Positions 17,542 through 27,500 are shown, counted from the first letter of the stretch. The stretch is 40,215 nucleotides of DNA from a virus (IMGVR_UViG_3300037524_000872:1-40215), one strand, 5' to 3'. Notes: a model not told the origin generated them from the sequence alone. Made by a program: numbers and translations.

Positions 17542-18186
17542 CTATCCTGCATGAGGCTCCTGGCCCTGGTCGGTCGGCGCCGCGGATCCAGGCGCCGGCG
17601 GCCCGACGACCTCGATCACCTCGGCCTCGATCGCCCCCTTTTCCCCGCCGCTTCCCGCCTCCAAACCAGTCACCAGCTCTCGCATCATCCGCTCAAAGTC
17701 GGCCACGCTCGGCTCCGTTCGGTCGATGGTTTCGATCCGCGCAGTCACTCCACCAGAGAGCAACTCCGACTTCTCCACCAGGATGCCGTGGATCACCGCC
17801 AGGTCGCGCGCAGGTATCTTGGCGCGCTTGTCTGGGTCGACCAGCGCCTCCAGGATTCCCTCGACGCAGAGCTGCGCACCACGACGAGCCAGGGCGGCGA
17901 TCCTTGTTTTAAGTATCTCTACTTGGCCGCGCTCACGATCCTGCACGGCCATCACGGTGTTTCCGCTGCACTGCAGGAGAGCGCCGATGCGCAACACGCC
18001 AAGCCCTTCGGCCGTCAGCGCGATCACAGCGTTGTATTTCTCCGGATGCTTCTGGAAAAAGCGCGCCGCGGTGAATTCGGGGTTGCGCGGGTCTGCTTCC
18101 GCTTCAGCAAAAAAAGACGCCGGCATCTGGTCGCTGGTCAATAGCGGCAACTGCTGGCCGCTGCGCTCGATGAGGCTGTCCGTCAC
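17542..18186 (-). CDS. Putative terminase small subunit / HTH protein
   Basis: HTH-like GLGVLRIGALLQCSGNTV and RDLAVIHGILVEKSELLSGGVTARIE oligomerisation-like motif. GTGA overlap (alternative ATG at 18207). Confidence 0.55.
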   Translation of the reverse strand: MTDSLIERSGQQLPLLTSDQMPASFFAEAEADPRNPEFTAARFFQKHPEKYNAVIALTAEGLGVLRIGALLQCSGNTVMAVQDRERGQVEILKTRIAALARRGAQLCVEGILEALVDPDKRAKIPARDLAVIHGILVEKSELLSGGVTARIETIDRTEPSVADFERMMRELVTGLEAGSGGEKGAIEAEVIEVVGPPAPGSAAPTDQGQEPHAG

Positions 18187-18527
18187 GGCGTGATTGACTC
18201 CAGCCATCGGTTTACCGCGCTGGCCGGCACCAGCACCGACTTGCCGGCGCGACGCGTCGGGTAGATGCCCTTCGCGCCCTTGGACTCGGCCCCAAGTTTC
18301 ACCTGCTGCCACAGATACCGGACACTGACGCGCAGGCGCGCGGCCAGCTCGGGGATGCGCAGGTGTTCTTCGACAAAAGGTTGGCCGGGCACGCCATGCG
18401 GGGTTGATTCACCACCGCGGCCGGTGACTAACCGCACCGCCCTGGACGATTCTTGCACGGCCGGGGCAAGGGCATCTTCCCCACGTCTACTGGCCGCATG
18501 GTGCGTTGAGCGTCCCGTAGTCATCAA
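18183..18527 (-). CDS. Excisionase-like winged-HTH protein
   Basis: HLRIPELAARLRVSVRYLW...VLVPASAVNRWLE. Confidence 0.7.
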   Translation of the reverse strand: MMTTGRSTHHAASRRGEDALAPAVQESSRAVRLVTGRGGESTPHGVPGQPFVEEHLRIPELAARLRVSVRYLWQQVKLGAESKGAKGIYPTRRAGKSVLVPASAVNRWLESITP

Positions 18528-18799
18528 GCCGCCAGCCCTCGGGCACCACCGAATTCCAACTGAACAGCCGGCGCGGCAGAAAACCGCGTACCCCAGCCAG
18601 AACGAACAGCGTCAGCCCACACAAAAAAAGCAGCGCAGGGCCCGACGTAGGCACGATCCTTCGCGCTCCAGATCAATACCGTGCCCGCAGGACACCAGGG
18701 CGAAGCGCGCAGGGTCTGAACCAAGGCCGGCAGGCCATCACGCGCGAGCCAACGGTCAAGAATCGCGCCGACGTGATCCTCGGGGCTTACCTGATCCAT
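18524..18799 (-). CDS. Hypothetical protein (91 aa)
   Basis: GAGGTG RBS and coupling to the downstream gene. Confidence 0.6.
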   Translation of the reverse strand: MDQVSPEDHVGAILDRWLARDGLPALVQTLRASPWCPAGTVLIWSAKDRAYVGPCAAFFVWADAVRSGWGTRFSAAPAVQLEFGGARGLAA

Positions 18800-18808
18800 G
18801 ACGACACC

Positions 18809-19054
18809 TCACGAATGAGTATCACGACGCCGACGACCGCCTGGAGCAGCGCCAGGATTCTCCACCGCATAAGTTCCGCGTCTCTCGGCAACAAGCGCGA
18901 CATGTGCATGGTCTTCCTCCAGGTGGTCTTCAAGTACCCGGCGCACGATTGCGCTGGCGGATACACTGATCTTCGTGAGTTTCGACAGCTCGCGGGCCTT
19001 CCGCTTGATGTTGCGCGCGAGCGTTTCCGGCAAATTCAGCGTTAACGATGCCAT
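18809..19054 (-). CDS. Ribbon-helix-helix regulator, first gene of the lytic operon (Cro analogue, 81 aa)
   Basis: MASLTLNLPETLARNIKRKA...SASAIVRRVLEDHL: alternating beta strand then two helices. Confidence 0.72.
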   Translation of the reverse strand: MASLTLNLPETLARNIKRKARELSKLTKISVSASAIVRRVLEDHLEEDHAHVALVAERRGTYAVENPGAAPGGRRRRDTHS

Positions 19055-19061
19055 GAGTTTC

Positions 19062-19090
19062 AGAGTATGCATACACTTACTAAGTGTCAA
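19062..19090 (-). promoter_or_regulatory. Leftward sigma70-type promoter with operator in the spacer
   Basis: TTGACA-17-TACTCT. The palindrome ACACTTACTAAGTGT (19073-19087) covers the spacer and part of the -35. ATG lies 7 nt after the -10. Confidence 0.8.
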
Positions 19091-19109
19091 CCACCTATCT
19101 CAAATAATC

Positions 19110-19137
19110 TTTACCGCTGGCCCGGGCGGCGTATATT
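19110..19137 (+). promoter_or_regulatory. Rightward promoter for the repressor candidate
   Basis: TTTACC-16-TATATT. ATG lies 7 nt after the -10 with no RBS. Confidence 0.6.
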
Positions 19138-19144
19138 AAGACCT

Positions 19145-19417
19145 ATGCCAACAAACCCCATCGGCCGAAACACCAAGAATGTGGGGGTCAACCTTCCCAA
19201 AGACTTGATTTCCGACCTGGACGTTCTGTGCGAAAAATCAGGCGTCTCTCGCAATCGGTACATCCGGACCGTCCTCGAAGCCGCGGCGGCCAACAACTGG
19301 CAGGCAGTCGAAGAGCGCCTGCTGCTGCGCGAGACGGCGGACGCAAAGCTGCACATCCCCGAACCAGCCAAGCACGCCGGCCGCGTGATCTACCGCATGA
19401 AAAAGAAACAGAAGTGA
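19145..19417 (+). CDS. Ribbon-helix-helix (CopG/Arc-like) regulator, candidate immunity repressor (90 aa)
   Basis: KNVGVNLPKDLISDLDVLCEKSGVSRNRYIRTVLE. Divergent from the lytic operon. Confidence 0.8.
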   Translation: MPTNPIGRNTKNVGVNLPKDLISDLDVLCEKSGVSRNRYIRTVLEAAAANNWQAVEERLLLRETADAKLHIPEPAKHAGRVIYRMKKKQK

Positions 19418-19433
19418 ACATCGCCCTGCGCCG

Positions 19434-20564
19434 TTAGCCCTCGATGTCGACGGGGTCCGGATGCCGCTTCAAGTCTGCATAGTAATCCCACGTGACCTGC
19501 AGGGTATCCCCGAGCCAGTCTGCAGCCACTTCCACGCCGTAGCGCGTGTACCACTCCGAACCGATCAGCTTGCGTAGCTCGTGCGCCGCCTTCGGGTACT
19601 CTGCCCGCGTCCAGCCGATTGAACGCATCCAGGCCGCAAACTGGCGCGTAACCAGGTCACGACGGGCCCGCGGCGATCCGCCAGGAAGCATGAATTCATC
19701 GCCATCGCGCCGCAGCGCGACCAGTCGCTCGTAAACCTGCCGGCCCATCGGCACCGCGCGGTCGCGTGATTTGGGCTCGAAATCAGCGCGCCGCATGATT
19801 TGCATCAGTCGCTTGTCGCCGTCCTCGCGGATCCAGCCCCAGGTCGCCCCAGCGGCTTCCTTCGCGCGCATACCCAAGTAGTAGCACAAAAGAAAAACAC
19901 CAAACAGCGCCGGGGAATCCGCTTCCAGCGCGCGGGCGCCGGCCAGCGTTGCGTCAACCAGATCCCGCGGCGGAAACCGGTACTTGTTCTTCTGGGCCCG
20001 CACCGTCTCGCACTTCAAAAACTCCGAAAGGTTCGGAAGTTCCAGGCGGTCCTCCATGTCCCGTAGCGCCCATCGCGCAAAGACCGCGCGCGCATTTCTG
20101 ATCGTGCCAGCCGCCGTCCTGCGCGCGCGCTCGCGCGCAGCCGCATCCTCCGGATACGACTCGACAAAGCGCTGCGTGTAGTCCTTGAGCAATGCCCTGG
20201 TCAGAACAGAAACGGGGTGGTCCTTGGCCTTGCCATCATGCACGAACGCCACCAGCTTCTGAAGCTGCGCGACGTAGCCGGCCGCGGTCGATGCCCGCGG
20301 CTTGCCTGTTTCCGCGCGATGGCGCGCCGCCAGATCAAGATAAACCGCGCACACATCGCCGATCGTTGCCATCGGCCGGCGCGACTTCAGCGCTTCCACA
20401 TCCTCCCATCGCTGGCCTTGCGCATGATCAAGGATTATCCGAGCCCTGGCCTTGGCCACGGCCTGGTCGCCGGTGTCCAAGCTCTGGTAGATGCGGCAGC
20501 CCCGCACCGTTGCCCGGATGTAATAGACGCCGTGGCGCTTCTGCAGGTTGCGCAGGGTCTTCAT
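19434..20564 (-). CDS. int: Tyrosine integrase (376 aa)
   Basis: Arm-binding-like N-terminus (LQKRHGVYYIR...SLDTGD), GMRAKE, PKSR, HELRK, LGD and catalytic-type DYYA. ATGA-coupled start. Confidence 0.9.
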   Translation of the reverse strand: MKTLRNLQKRHGVYYIRATVRGCRIYQSLDTGDQAVAKARARIILDHAQGQRWEDVEALKSRRPMATIGDVCAVYLDLAARHRAETGKPRASTAAGYVAQLQKLVAFVHDGKAKDHPVSVLTRALLKDYTQRFVESYPEDAAARERARRTAAGTIRNARAVFARWALRDMEDRLELPNLSEFLKCETVRAQKNKYRFPPRDLVDATLAGARALEADSPALFGVFLLCYYLGMRAKEAAGATWGWIREDGDKRLMQIMRRADFEPKSRDRAVPMGRQVYERLVALRRDGDEFMLPGGSPRARRDLVTRQFAAWMRSIGWTRAEYPKAAHELRKLIGSEWYTRYGVEVAADWLGDTLQVTWDYYADLKRHPDPVDIEG

Positions 20565-20971
20565 GCGCGCACCCCCTGAATCTGCGAAACCGGCGCCGGG
20601 GTGAAATTGAAATCCAGCTCGATGTTCTCCTCCGTGAGTTCCGCGATGCTGATGTAGCCCATCTCGCCGCCATCGCCGAACAGATCCGCCAGTCCGAAGG
20701 CCTGCAACTGCCCTTCTCCGGCGCGCTCCACATCCTTCTCCGTAATCCAAAAATCGGCGCTTCCCCCGAAATAGTGCAGGTAGGCTACCGGATCCGCATT
20801 GCCCTCCTGCTCGTAGACGGCCGGCATCAGCTTGATCCGAAGCGCCAACCTCTCCACCAGGTCGACAAAGAATTCCCGCTCTTCACCGCGCAGGCACTCC
20901 GCCAGCGCCGCCATTTGCGACGGACCAACGAACTTCCGAAGCAACTCCATATTTGCGCCCAGATTACTCAT
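20561..20971 (-). CDS. DUF2958-like protein (136 aa)
   Basis: YEQEGNADPVAYLHYF...WITE...FGLAD...EMGYISIAEL...ELDFNFTP. AAGGGG RBS. Confidence 0.7.
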   Translation of the reverse strand: MSNLGANMELLRKFVGPSQMAALAECLRGEEREFFVDLVERLALRIKLMPAVYEQEGNADPVAYLHYFGGSADFWITEKDVERAGEGQLQAFGLADLFGDGGEMGYISIAELTEENIELDFNFTPAPVSQIQGVRA

Positions 20972-21054
20972 GTGGATCCCCTTTCCAGTGATACGACTTT
21001 GATACACATGTAACCGGATATACCGTGCGCGTCAATGCAAGAGTATGCAATAAT

Positions 21055-21063
21055 CTTAGTAAG
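21055..21063. promoter_or_regulatory. Operator-like palindrome CTTAGTAAG
   Basis: Lies between divergent TTGACG -35 candidates (minus 21035-21030, plus 21095-21100). Confidence 0.7.
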
Positions 21064-21094
21064 TTCTGGCGGCTTGCGCTTAGGTGCGCTACTA

Positions 21095-21123
21095 TTGACG
21101 ATTCGCGCATTCGCGCGTAGAAG
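21095..21123 (+). promoter_or_regulatory. Candidate promoter for the tRNA 5' half
   Basis: TTGACG-17-TAGAAG ending 11 nt before the tRNA start. The -10 lacks the conserved final T. Confidence 0.5.
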
Positions 21124-21134
21124 CAGGGGTCAGC

Positions 21135-21177
21135 GCTCCCGTGGCGGAATGGCAGACGCGCAGGACTTAGGATACTG
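21135..21177 (+). tRNA. 5' half of tRNA-Leu(TAG), fragment only
   Basis: GCTCCCG-TG-GCGGAATGGCAGACGC-G-CAGGA-CTTAGGA-TACTG gives the acceptor 5' strand, Leu-type D arm and anticodon arm. No variable arm, T arm or 3' acceptor strand follows. Confidence 0.85.
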
Positions 21178-21256
21178 GGAACGATGTTGACATGACGCTA
21201 CTTACAGCGCATTGCTACGCGCTATGATACACCTTGCGCCAGATTGGAAAATAGTC

Positions 21257-21550
21257 ATGCGGCACGCATCGGCGTGCTTCATCATTCTACTCTTACTGCT
21301 GTGGCCTACTGAAGTGAAAACGCGGTTGGTTGCCGACAAAGTTTACGTTGTCGAAGAGTGGGTCGACTGGAATCCAGTATTTGGCAAACCAGACTGGACC
21401 AACCAGGGGCAAATTCGCACAAACGATTGCGGCCCACATCTTCCGTCAGTGCTCACGCTCTCGCTTCTTGCTCTCGCGTGGGGCGGTTTCGTGGGGTCGT
21501 TTGGGCCGCGGCCGAAGAAACAAAAGCCGACTATTAGCGGTCTTCCATGA
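21257..21550 (+). CDS. Small two-TM membrane protein (moron-like; start may be 21224)
   Basis: Hydrophobic segments CFIILLLLLW and VLTLSLLALAWGGFVG. Lower GC and opposite strand to its neighbours. Confidence 0.6.
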   Translation: MRHASACFIILLLLLWPTEVKTRLVADKVYVVEEWVDWNPVFGKPDWTNQGQIRTNDCGPHLPSVLTLSLLALAWGGFVGSFGPRPKKQKPTISGLP

Positions 21551-24500
21551 TCGCCTGCAGGGTGACGGCCTCCTGCAACTTGCTGCCGGCATCCATGATC
21601 GCGCGTGCTTCAGGGCCTGCGGCCCTTATGGCTTGAATTTCCTTCAGCTTGTCCGCGGCGTAGTTGCTGAAGTACGGGTCCGTTTTGATTCGCACCTGGT
21701 CCGCCACCGTCAGGCCCTCGCCGGCCATCACGCGCTCGATCATATCGCGCGCGTCCTCGCGCCTCTGCGCTTCGGCCTTCTCGACGGCTTTGGCAGGCAG
21801 CCGGTACTTCTCATAGACGCCCTTGTTGGACACCTTAACCCAGCGCCCCAGGGTGTTTGAAATGACGGGCTGCCGCAGGATCTGCTCGGCCAGGGTCGGG
21901 TCGTCATCGGGGCGCACGTTGTCAAACCGCGTGATAATCGTTCCGCCCATCTGGTTCCAGGTCCACTTCCACAGCTTGGTGTCGCCAGCGCCGATCAATG
22001 CCTCGTCGTCGCCCAGCAACTGCTGGCCGCTGAATGGATCCACTGGGGCCCGGCCGGTCGTCTTGTACATCGTCCAGGCCATTCCCACCTTGAAAAGCGG
22101 ATTCAAGCCGGGCGCCTGGCCGCCGGCTACATTCCATAGGCCGGCCGTGTCCATCGGCTCCTGGTCGGCGCGCAGGAGCTTGGAAAGGAACACGTGCACG
22201 GCGCGCTCCGCCTCGTGCATCGGCACACGCAGGTACAGCGCCTTGCTGTTCTGGCGATCGACCCAGCCCAGCGGGTAGCAGTAGTAGTTGTCCCGGTCAT
22301 AGCGCGGGATTGCGTCGATCAGCTTGGAAATTTCCTTGCTGTCGTCGTCACCCAGCAGCCAGGCGAACATGCCGCGCCTGAACGCCTCCAGGGCCACCAG
22401 TGGCAGCAGGGTGTACTTGATCGTCTTCCATGCCCGTTCCCCGGGCCGGTCGCGCCAGCTCTTCCCCGTACTGTGCGTGCCGCGAATGATCGGGTTGTAC
22501 AGCGGGAAAATCAGGTTGATCCACGGAGCCAGGGCCCCGCGGCTCAGAAAATCGGGGCTTCCGCTCATCTCGCGCACCAGCTCGCGCTTGCGCGCCTCCG
22601 GCATGTCCGGGTAATACTTGTCCAGGTACAACATCCCGGCGATCTTCACCGACCGCTCGTTGACCTGCCCCCACATCTTCCAGCGCTCCCACAAGGCCCG
22701 CAGGGCATGCACCACTGGAGCCGCCGCGCTTGGCGCCGCGCCGTCCGGCCGCGCCGCCGCGGGAAGACCATGCGAGCGCAGAAGCTGGTCAATCGGGGTT
22801 TCCCCTGGCAGCACTCCTTCCGCTTCCGGCCGCGTGATCATCATGCCCCGGCCCAGCGCCCGTCGCGCCGTCGGGTCCGGCGTGCCCAGGATGCTCGATC
22901 GCGACGCCCGCTGCGCTTGCCGGCGAAACTCCCAAAACGACCGGCCCGCCCCCACGCCAAACCGCCGCAGTACGGGCACGCCGGCCCGGGCCCCGGGCAT
23001 CTGATCCCGGAACGCCCCAATGTCCCGCGCCCTGGCCACCGGCCAGAAGCCGTAGTTTAGCTGGGTCCAGAGCCTCGTGATGCTCTGCGAGAGCCACTTA
23101 TTCAGCCAGATCACCAGCCGGTTCTCGATCGCATCCCCGTGCGAGAATGCATCGACCAGCACCCGCGGCCCGTACCAGGCCCGCACCTTGCCGTCCTGCA
23201 CATAGATCAGCGTGCCCACTCGGTCCGTCTTGATAATTTTCGGCTCGCGATAGCGGCCGTTCCAGACCATATCCGCCGGCGTCCATTCGTCGGCAAACGT
23301 GCTGTCCTGCAGCGCGTCAAAGCAGGCCCGCTTCGTGGCCTCCCGCGCCGCCATATTCAGCAGAGCCAGGTCCTTCTGCATCGTCGCCAGCCAGGGATCC
23401 TTGATCGCCCCCATGAATCCGTATTGCCGGTAGATCATCCCGCCCACACCCTGCCCAAACGATGCCGTAAGAAGCTGCTCGATCGTGGGGTGCCCCTTCG
23501 CCGACTCCTCTGGAATCTCCGTCGCCCGGACCGGCGCGATCGTCGCGTAGAACTCGCGCGAGGCAAGGATCTCCATCGTCTTCTCGTCGAAGATCCCGGA
23601 CCGCCGCAGCGGCTCGATGACCTCCTCCTGACGCACCAGCCAGAAGACGCGCCGCGCCGCCTCCAGGCCGGCCCATCGCTCCGGGCCCAGTTCCCGTTCC
23701 ATCTCAGCCAGGCGCTCGCTGCTTATCTTCGGCGTCCACCCGTGCGGGTTTGCAATGTCCGTGCGGTTGTTGGCCACGTGCTTGTGGAACATGAATTCCG
23801 AAAGGTCCAGGAAGTCCAGGTTGGCCTTAAGCAGCGGCTCCATCACTTCCACCTTCATCCGGCCCAAGTACAGCTCGTGCCAGCTCTTCCGGTAGAGGTA
23901 ATCCCCGATCGCCTGCTCCATCGACCGGCGCGCGGCAGGGTCGCGCACGCGCTTCGCGCGCCAGAGGTACGGCCCAAACGTCCGCGAAAAGCCGTAGCGG
24001 ATCCGGTCAATCCACTCCCGCGCCGTCAGCGCCCGGCCCTGCTCCTCAAGCCCGCCGGCAATCTCCGTGGAATCGCGCAGCATCGTCCGCAGGCGCTGCA
24101 CCCGGTCCGTCATCACCTTGCCCGACTTGATCAGGTCCTGGATCGCCTCGTACTCGCGCTTCACCTCCGGCCGGTTCTCCATCCAGTTCAGCAGCGCGTT
24201 GTAGTAGCGTGGCGCGCGCTTCGCCATCGCGGCCGGGTTGTTCAGGAAGATCGACCCCGCCTCCGCAAACATCTCCGTCCCCGTCGTGTAGTAGTCCGGA
24301 ATCGTATCAGTGCCGCGCCACCAGGCGATAAGCGGGTCCAGCTCGGCCCGCACATCCTCATACAGCAGGATGCCGTTCGCCTCGGCGTAGGTGTCCAGCA
24401 TCTCGCGGTAGTTCTCCGCCACCTCCTGCCGCCACATCTCCAGCTCCGCCTCCTCATCCTTCGGCGGCCGCTTCCCGGCCTGCTTCTCGGCGAGCCGGCG

Positions 24501-27500
24501 CATCTTCGCGCGCTCCTCCTTCGGAATCGCCTGCTCCGGGTTCTGCGGATGATCGCCAATCGACTTGAGCAGGTAATGCTTGAACGCCGCGATGTGGCCC
24601 AGGATATTCCCGCGTTCCAGCGTCCGGTCCGGCAGGAAATCCACAAAGTGCATCAGTTCGTGCGCCATCACCCGCGAAGCCAGCTTCGGGTTCTCCTTCA
24701 GCGCCGCCTTGTACGCCTTCTCCATCTCCGCGACGAAGCGCTCTTCTTCCATCCGCTCCAGCGACATCACGCCGCCCTCTTCGAAGTTCGCCTTGGCCCA
24801 TGAATGCGCCGCCTCGCGGATAGACTCCTGCTGCTCGTCCGGCACGAGCTTGAACAGGCTCGCCAGTAGCTCGATTTCCTCGCCACCCCTGGCCGGAGCG
24901 CCACGGAAACGACCCAAAGCCTGGCCCATCTTCTGCCTGATCTTCGGATACTTCCCGCCCGTCAGGTCGTGGAACAGCGCCACCATCTCCGGCAGCTCGA
25001 TGGGCATGTGCTGGTTCGGGTCATCCTCGATCGGAACCGGCCCGCCCGCCGGGCCCAGATAGCCCGGGCCCTCCGGCGCGCCCTCGCGCACCACATACCC
25101 GGCCCGCTCCTCCGCAAACGACACCAGGCCGGACTCGCTCATGGAAAACGGAGCGCTCGGCCCCATCGCGTCCAGCACCTGGATCTCCGCGGCCTTCATC
25201 CCCGCCACCAGCTTCCGGGCCACCGCAATGTCGTCCCCGGCCTTCAAGCCATGCAGGTCAAAAATAACCGCGGAACCGCCTTCCTGCGCAGCCACCAAAA
25301 GCGTCTGCCGCAGAATTTCTTCCGGCGTTGATCCGCCAGGCAGCCGCAGCGCCGCCGTCAAAGCGTTCCTGTGCGTCAGCACGAGAACGTGAATGTTCCC
25401 TGGCGCGCCCTGGCGCATCGCGTTCAACACCGCCTGCGCATGTTGCGGCATGGTAATCGCGTGCAGGTCGCCTCGCTTCACGCCCTCCCATGCAGCCTGC
25501 TCGGGAAGCGCCGGCTCCAGCGTGGCCCCCGGTTCGGCCACCTTATCGCCCGGCCTGTAGCGCATGTTCACCGCGAATTCGACCAGGCCGGAATCCCGCA
25601 GCGACACATAGGCCCCGCCTTGCGTGATGATGTGGTCGATCACGTCGAAGCCGGCCAGCCCCGCGGCCGTCACCATGCGCCGCGAAATCATCAGGTCCTC
25701 GGCGGACGGGCTCGGGTTCCCGCTCGGATGATTGTGCGCCATGATCACGCTGACCGCGCCGGCTGGCGCGGGCCCGATTATCTTGCGGAAATCCACCAGC
25801 GACGCGTTCAGGATGCCGACCGACACCACCTCCGTGCTCAGCACCTTGTTGTTCTTGTCCAGGAAGACCACCGCCATCGTCTCGGCCAGCGGCGAGCGCA
25901 GCGAGTAGACCGCCGCAGCGGCATCGCGCGAGGTCCGGATCTTCATGCCGCGGTACTGCACCACAATGCCCGCTTCGGAAAGCGCCGACCGAATCAGGCT
26001 CGACGCCGTTTGGCTGATGCCAAAAATACGATCCCACACCGCGGGATTCATCGGATCGCGCAGCGCCGCATGCGCCGCGGCTTCAGCGTCCGTTACAGGG
26101 ATCCGTACACCGGCGCCGGCGCCGGTCGCAGGATCAGCAGGCCGTGCAGAGCCCGTTGCGGGCTCCAGGCCAGGGATATAAGGCGTTCCCGGCGCTTCCT
26201 GTAAAGCGTCGAGGTCTTCCTTGAGTTGTCGCGCCTTCGCATCGTCGTTGACTCCTACAGACCGCAGATAATCGCTTACACCGTCCGCGGCGACTGGGCC
26301 CTGCCCCTGCTGAACGGCGGATTCTTCTCCAGCTTTTCCGCCACCGCCCGCGCTCGTGCTCGAAGGGAATCGGCGGACAAGCCCGGCGCGCCCGGCAGCT
26401 CCGTTGAGGAGATACTGCTGGATCTGGGCGCCTGTAAGGGCTTCCGGTTCGTACCCGAGAATCTGGAAAAATTGCTCACGGCTGACCCCCGCCTTTCCAA
26501 GGAGTAACTTAATAGCTTTCGCGTCCGGCGTCAATGCGTTGCCATAGCGCCCGCTCGCCAACGTCGTCACCAAATCAGGGCGACGCCCCACCGCCACCGC
26601 CAGCGCCTTCAGCGTTGCGCCCGTCGTGAAGGTGTCGTCCGCCAGGATCACCACCGCGTCAGCCGGCGGCGGCGTTCCCGTGAAAGCCTGCACATTCCTG
26701 GACCGCTGGTCCGCGGGTGCATCCGTATTGGGCGCTCCGCCCGTCTTCACGATGTCCAGCCAAAGCTTCCCGCCCACCGCATCTGCGACCGCCTTCGCAT
26801 AGGCAATCGGCAGCGCGTTCAGGCTTGGCGCGTTCTCGCTCGCGATTACGGGCACCACATAAATCGGGCGACCCGCGGGAAGCTGGTCGCGCAGAGCCCT
26901 CAGCCGGTCCGGCTTCACCAGCCGCTCAATTACCCGCACCGCTGCGTCCACGTCCTCGTGTCGTTTCGCACGGTCAAAATCGGGGTCCTTCCGCAGCGCG
27001 GCCGTCGAAGTCTGGGAAATGTTCCTGGCCGGCAACACGTCTCCGGTGCGGCCATACTGCGCTCCAGGCTCGAACAGCATGCCGGGCTGCTTACCGAACA
27101 AGTCCGCCTGCTCGCCTCCAGCCTTCGGCGCCAGGCGATCCTCCTCGCGGCGCGCCGCCCGCGCCGTCTCGTTGAACCGCTGCAGCGCCTCCTCCCGGTC
27201 GATCCGTCCGGCCTCCACCGCATCGACCAGGGCCCGCGCCTTCCGCGTCAGTTCGCGGCTCAACAGGTTGGCCGTCGTGTCGCCCGCGGGAATAACCATC
27301 CGCGCTGTCTTCTCCACCGTCGCGTAGGTGTTCGCCTGATAGTCCGCCCCGGGTTCGCGCACCTCCGCCGTCGTCGCGCCGCGCACCTGCGCCACCAGGT
27401 CGGGGTGCACCGGCCAGTTCTGCCAGCGCGCCAGGTCCGCCTTCAGCCCTTCCACCCGCTTCAGCACGCCCTGCGGGTCGTCAATGTTGACACCCAGCTT

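Larger units (their letters stand above)
20989..21232. other. attP region: core around the anticodon loop (21166-21172) with candidate arm-type repeats TGATAC at 20989, 21000 and 21225
   Basis: Non-coding, upstream of the integrase operon, contains a tRNA fragment, and has direct repeats on both sides. Confidence 0.7.

Noticed and set aside
17301-17552. 83-aa ORF in the gap after the TerS candidate
   Set aside because: Low-complexity Gly/Arg translation of a G-tract region, more likely non-coding.
19434-20564. Integrase as an integron integrase serving the attC-like sites
   Set aside because: No evident IntI-specific insertion before HxxR. It has an arm-binding-like N-terminus and an adjacent tRNA-type attP.
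21135-21220. Intact phage tRNA gene
   Set aside because: No T arm (GTTCRA) or 3' acceptor strand after the anticodon arm.
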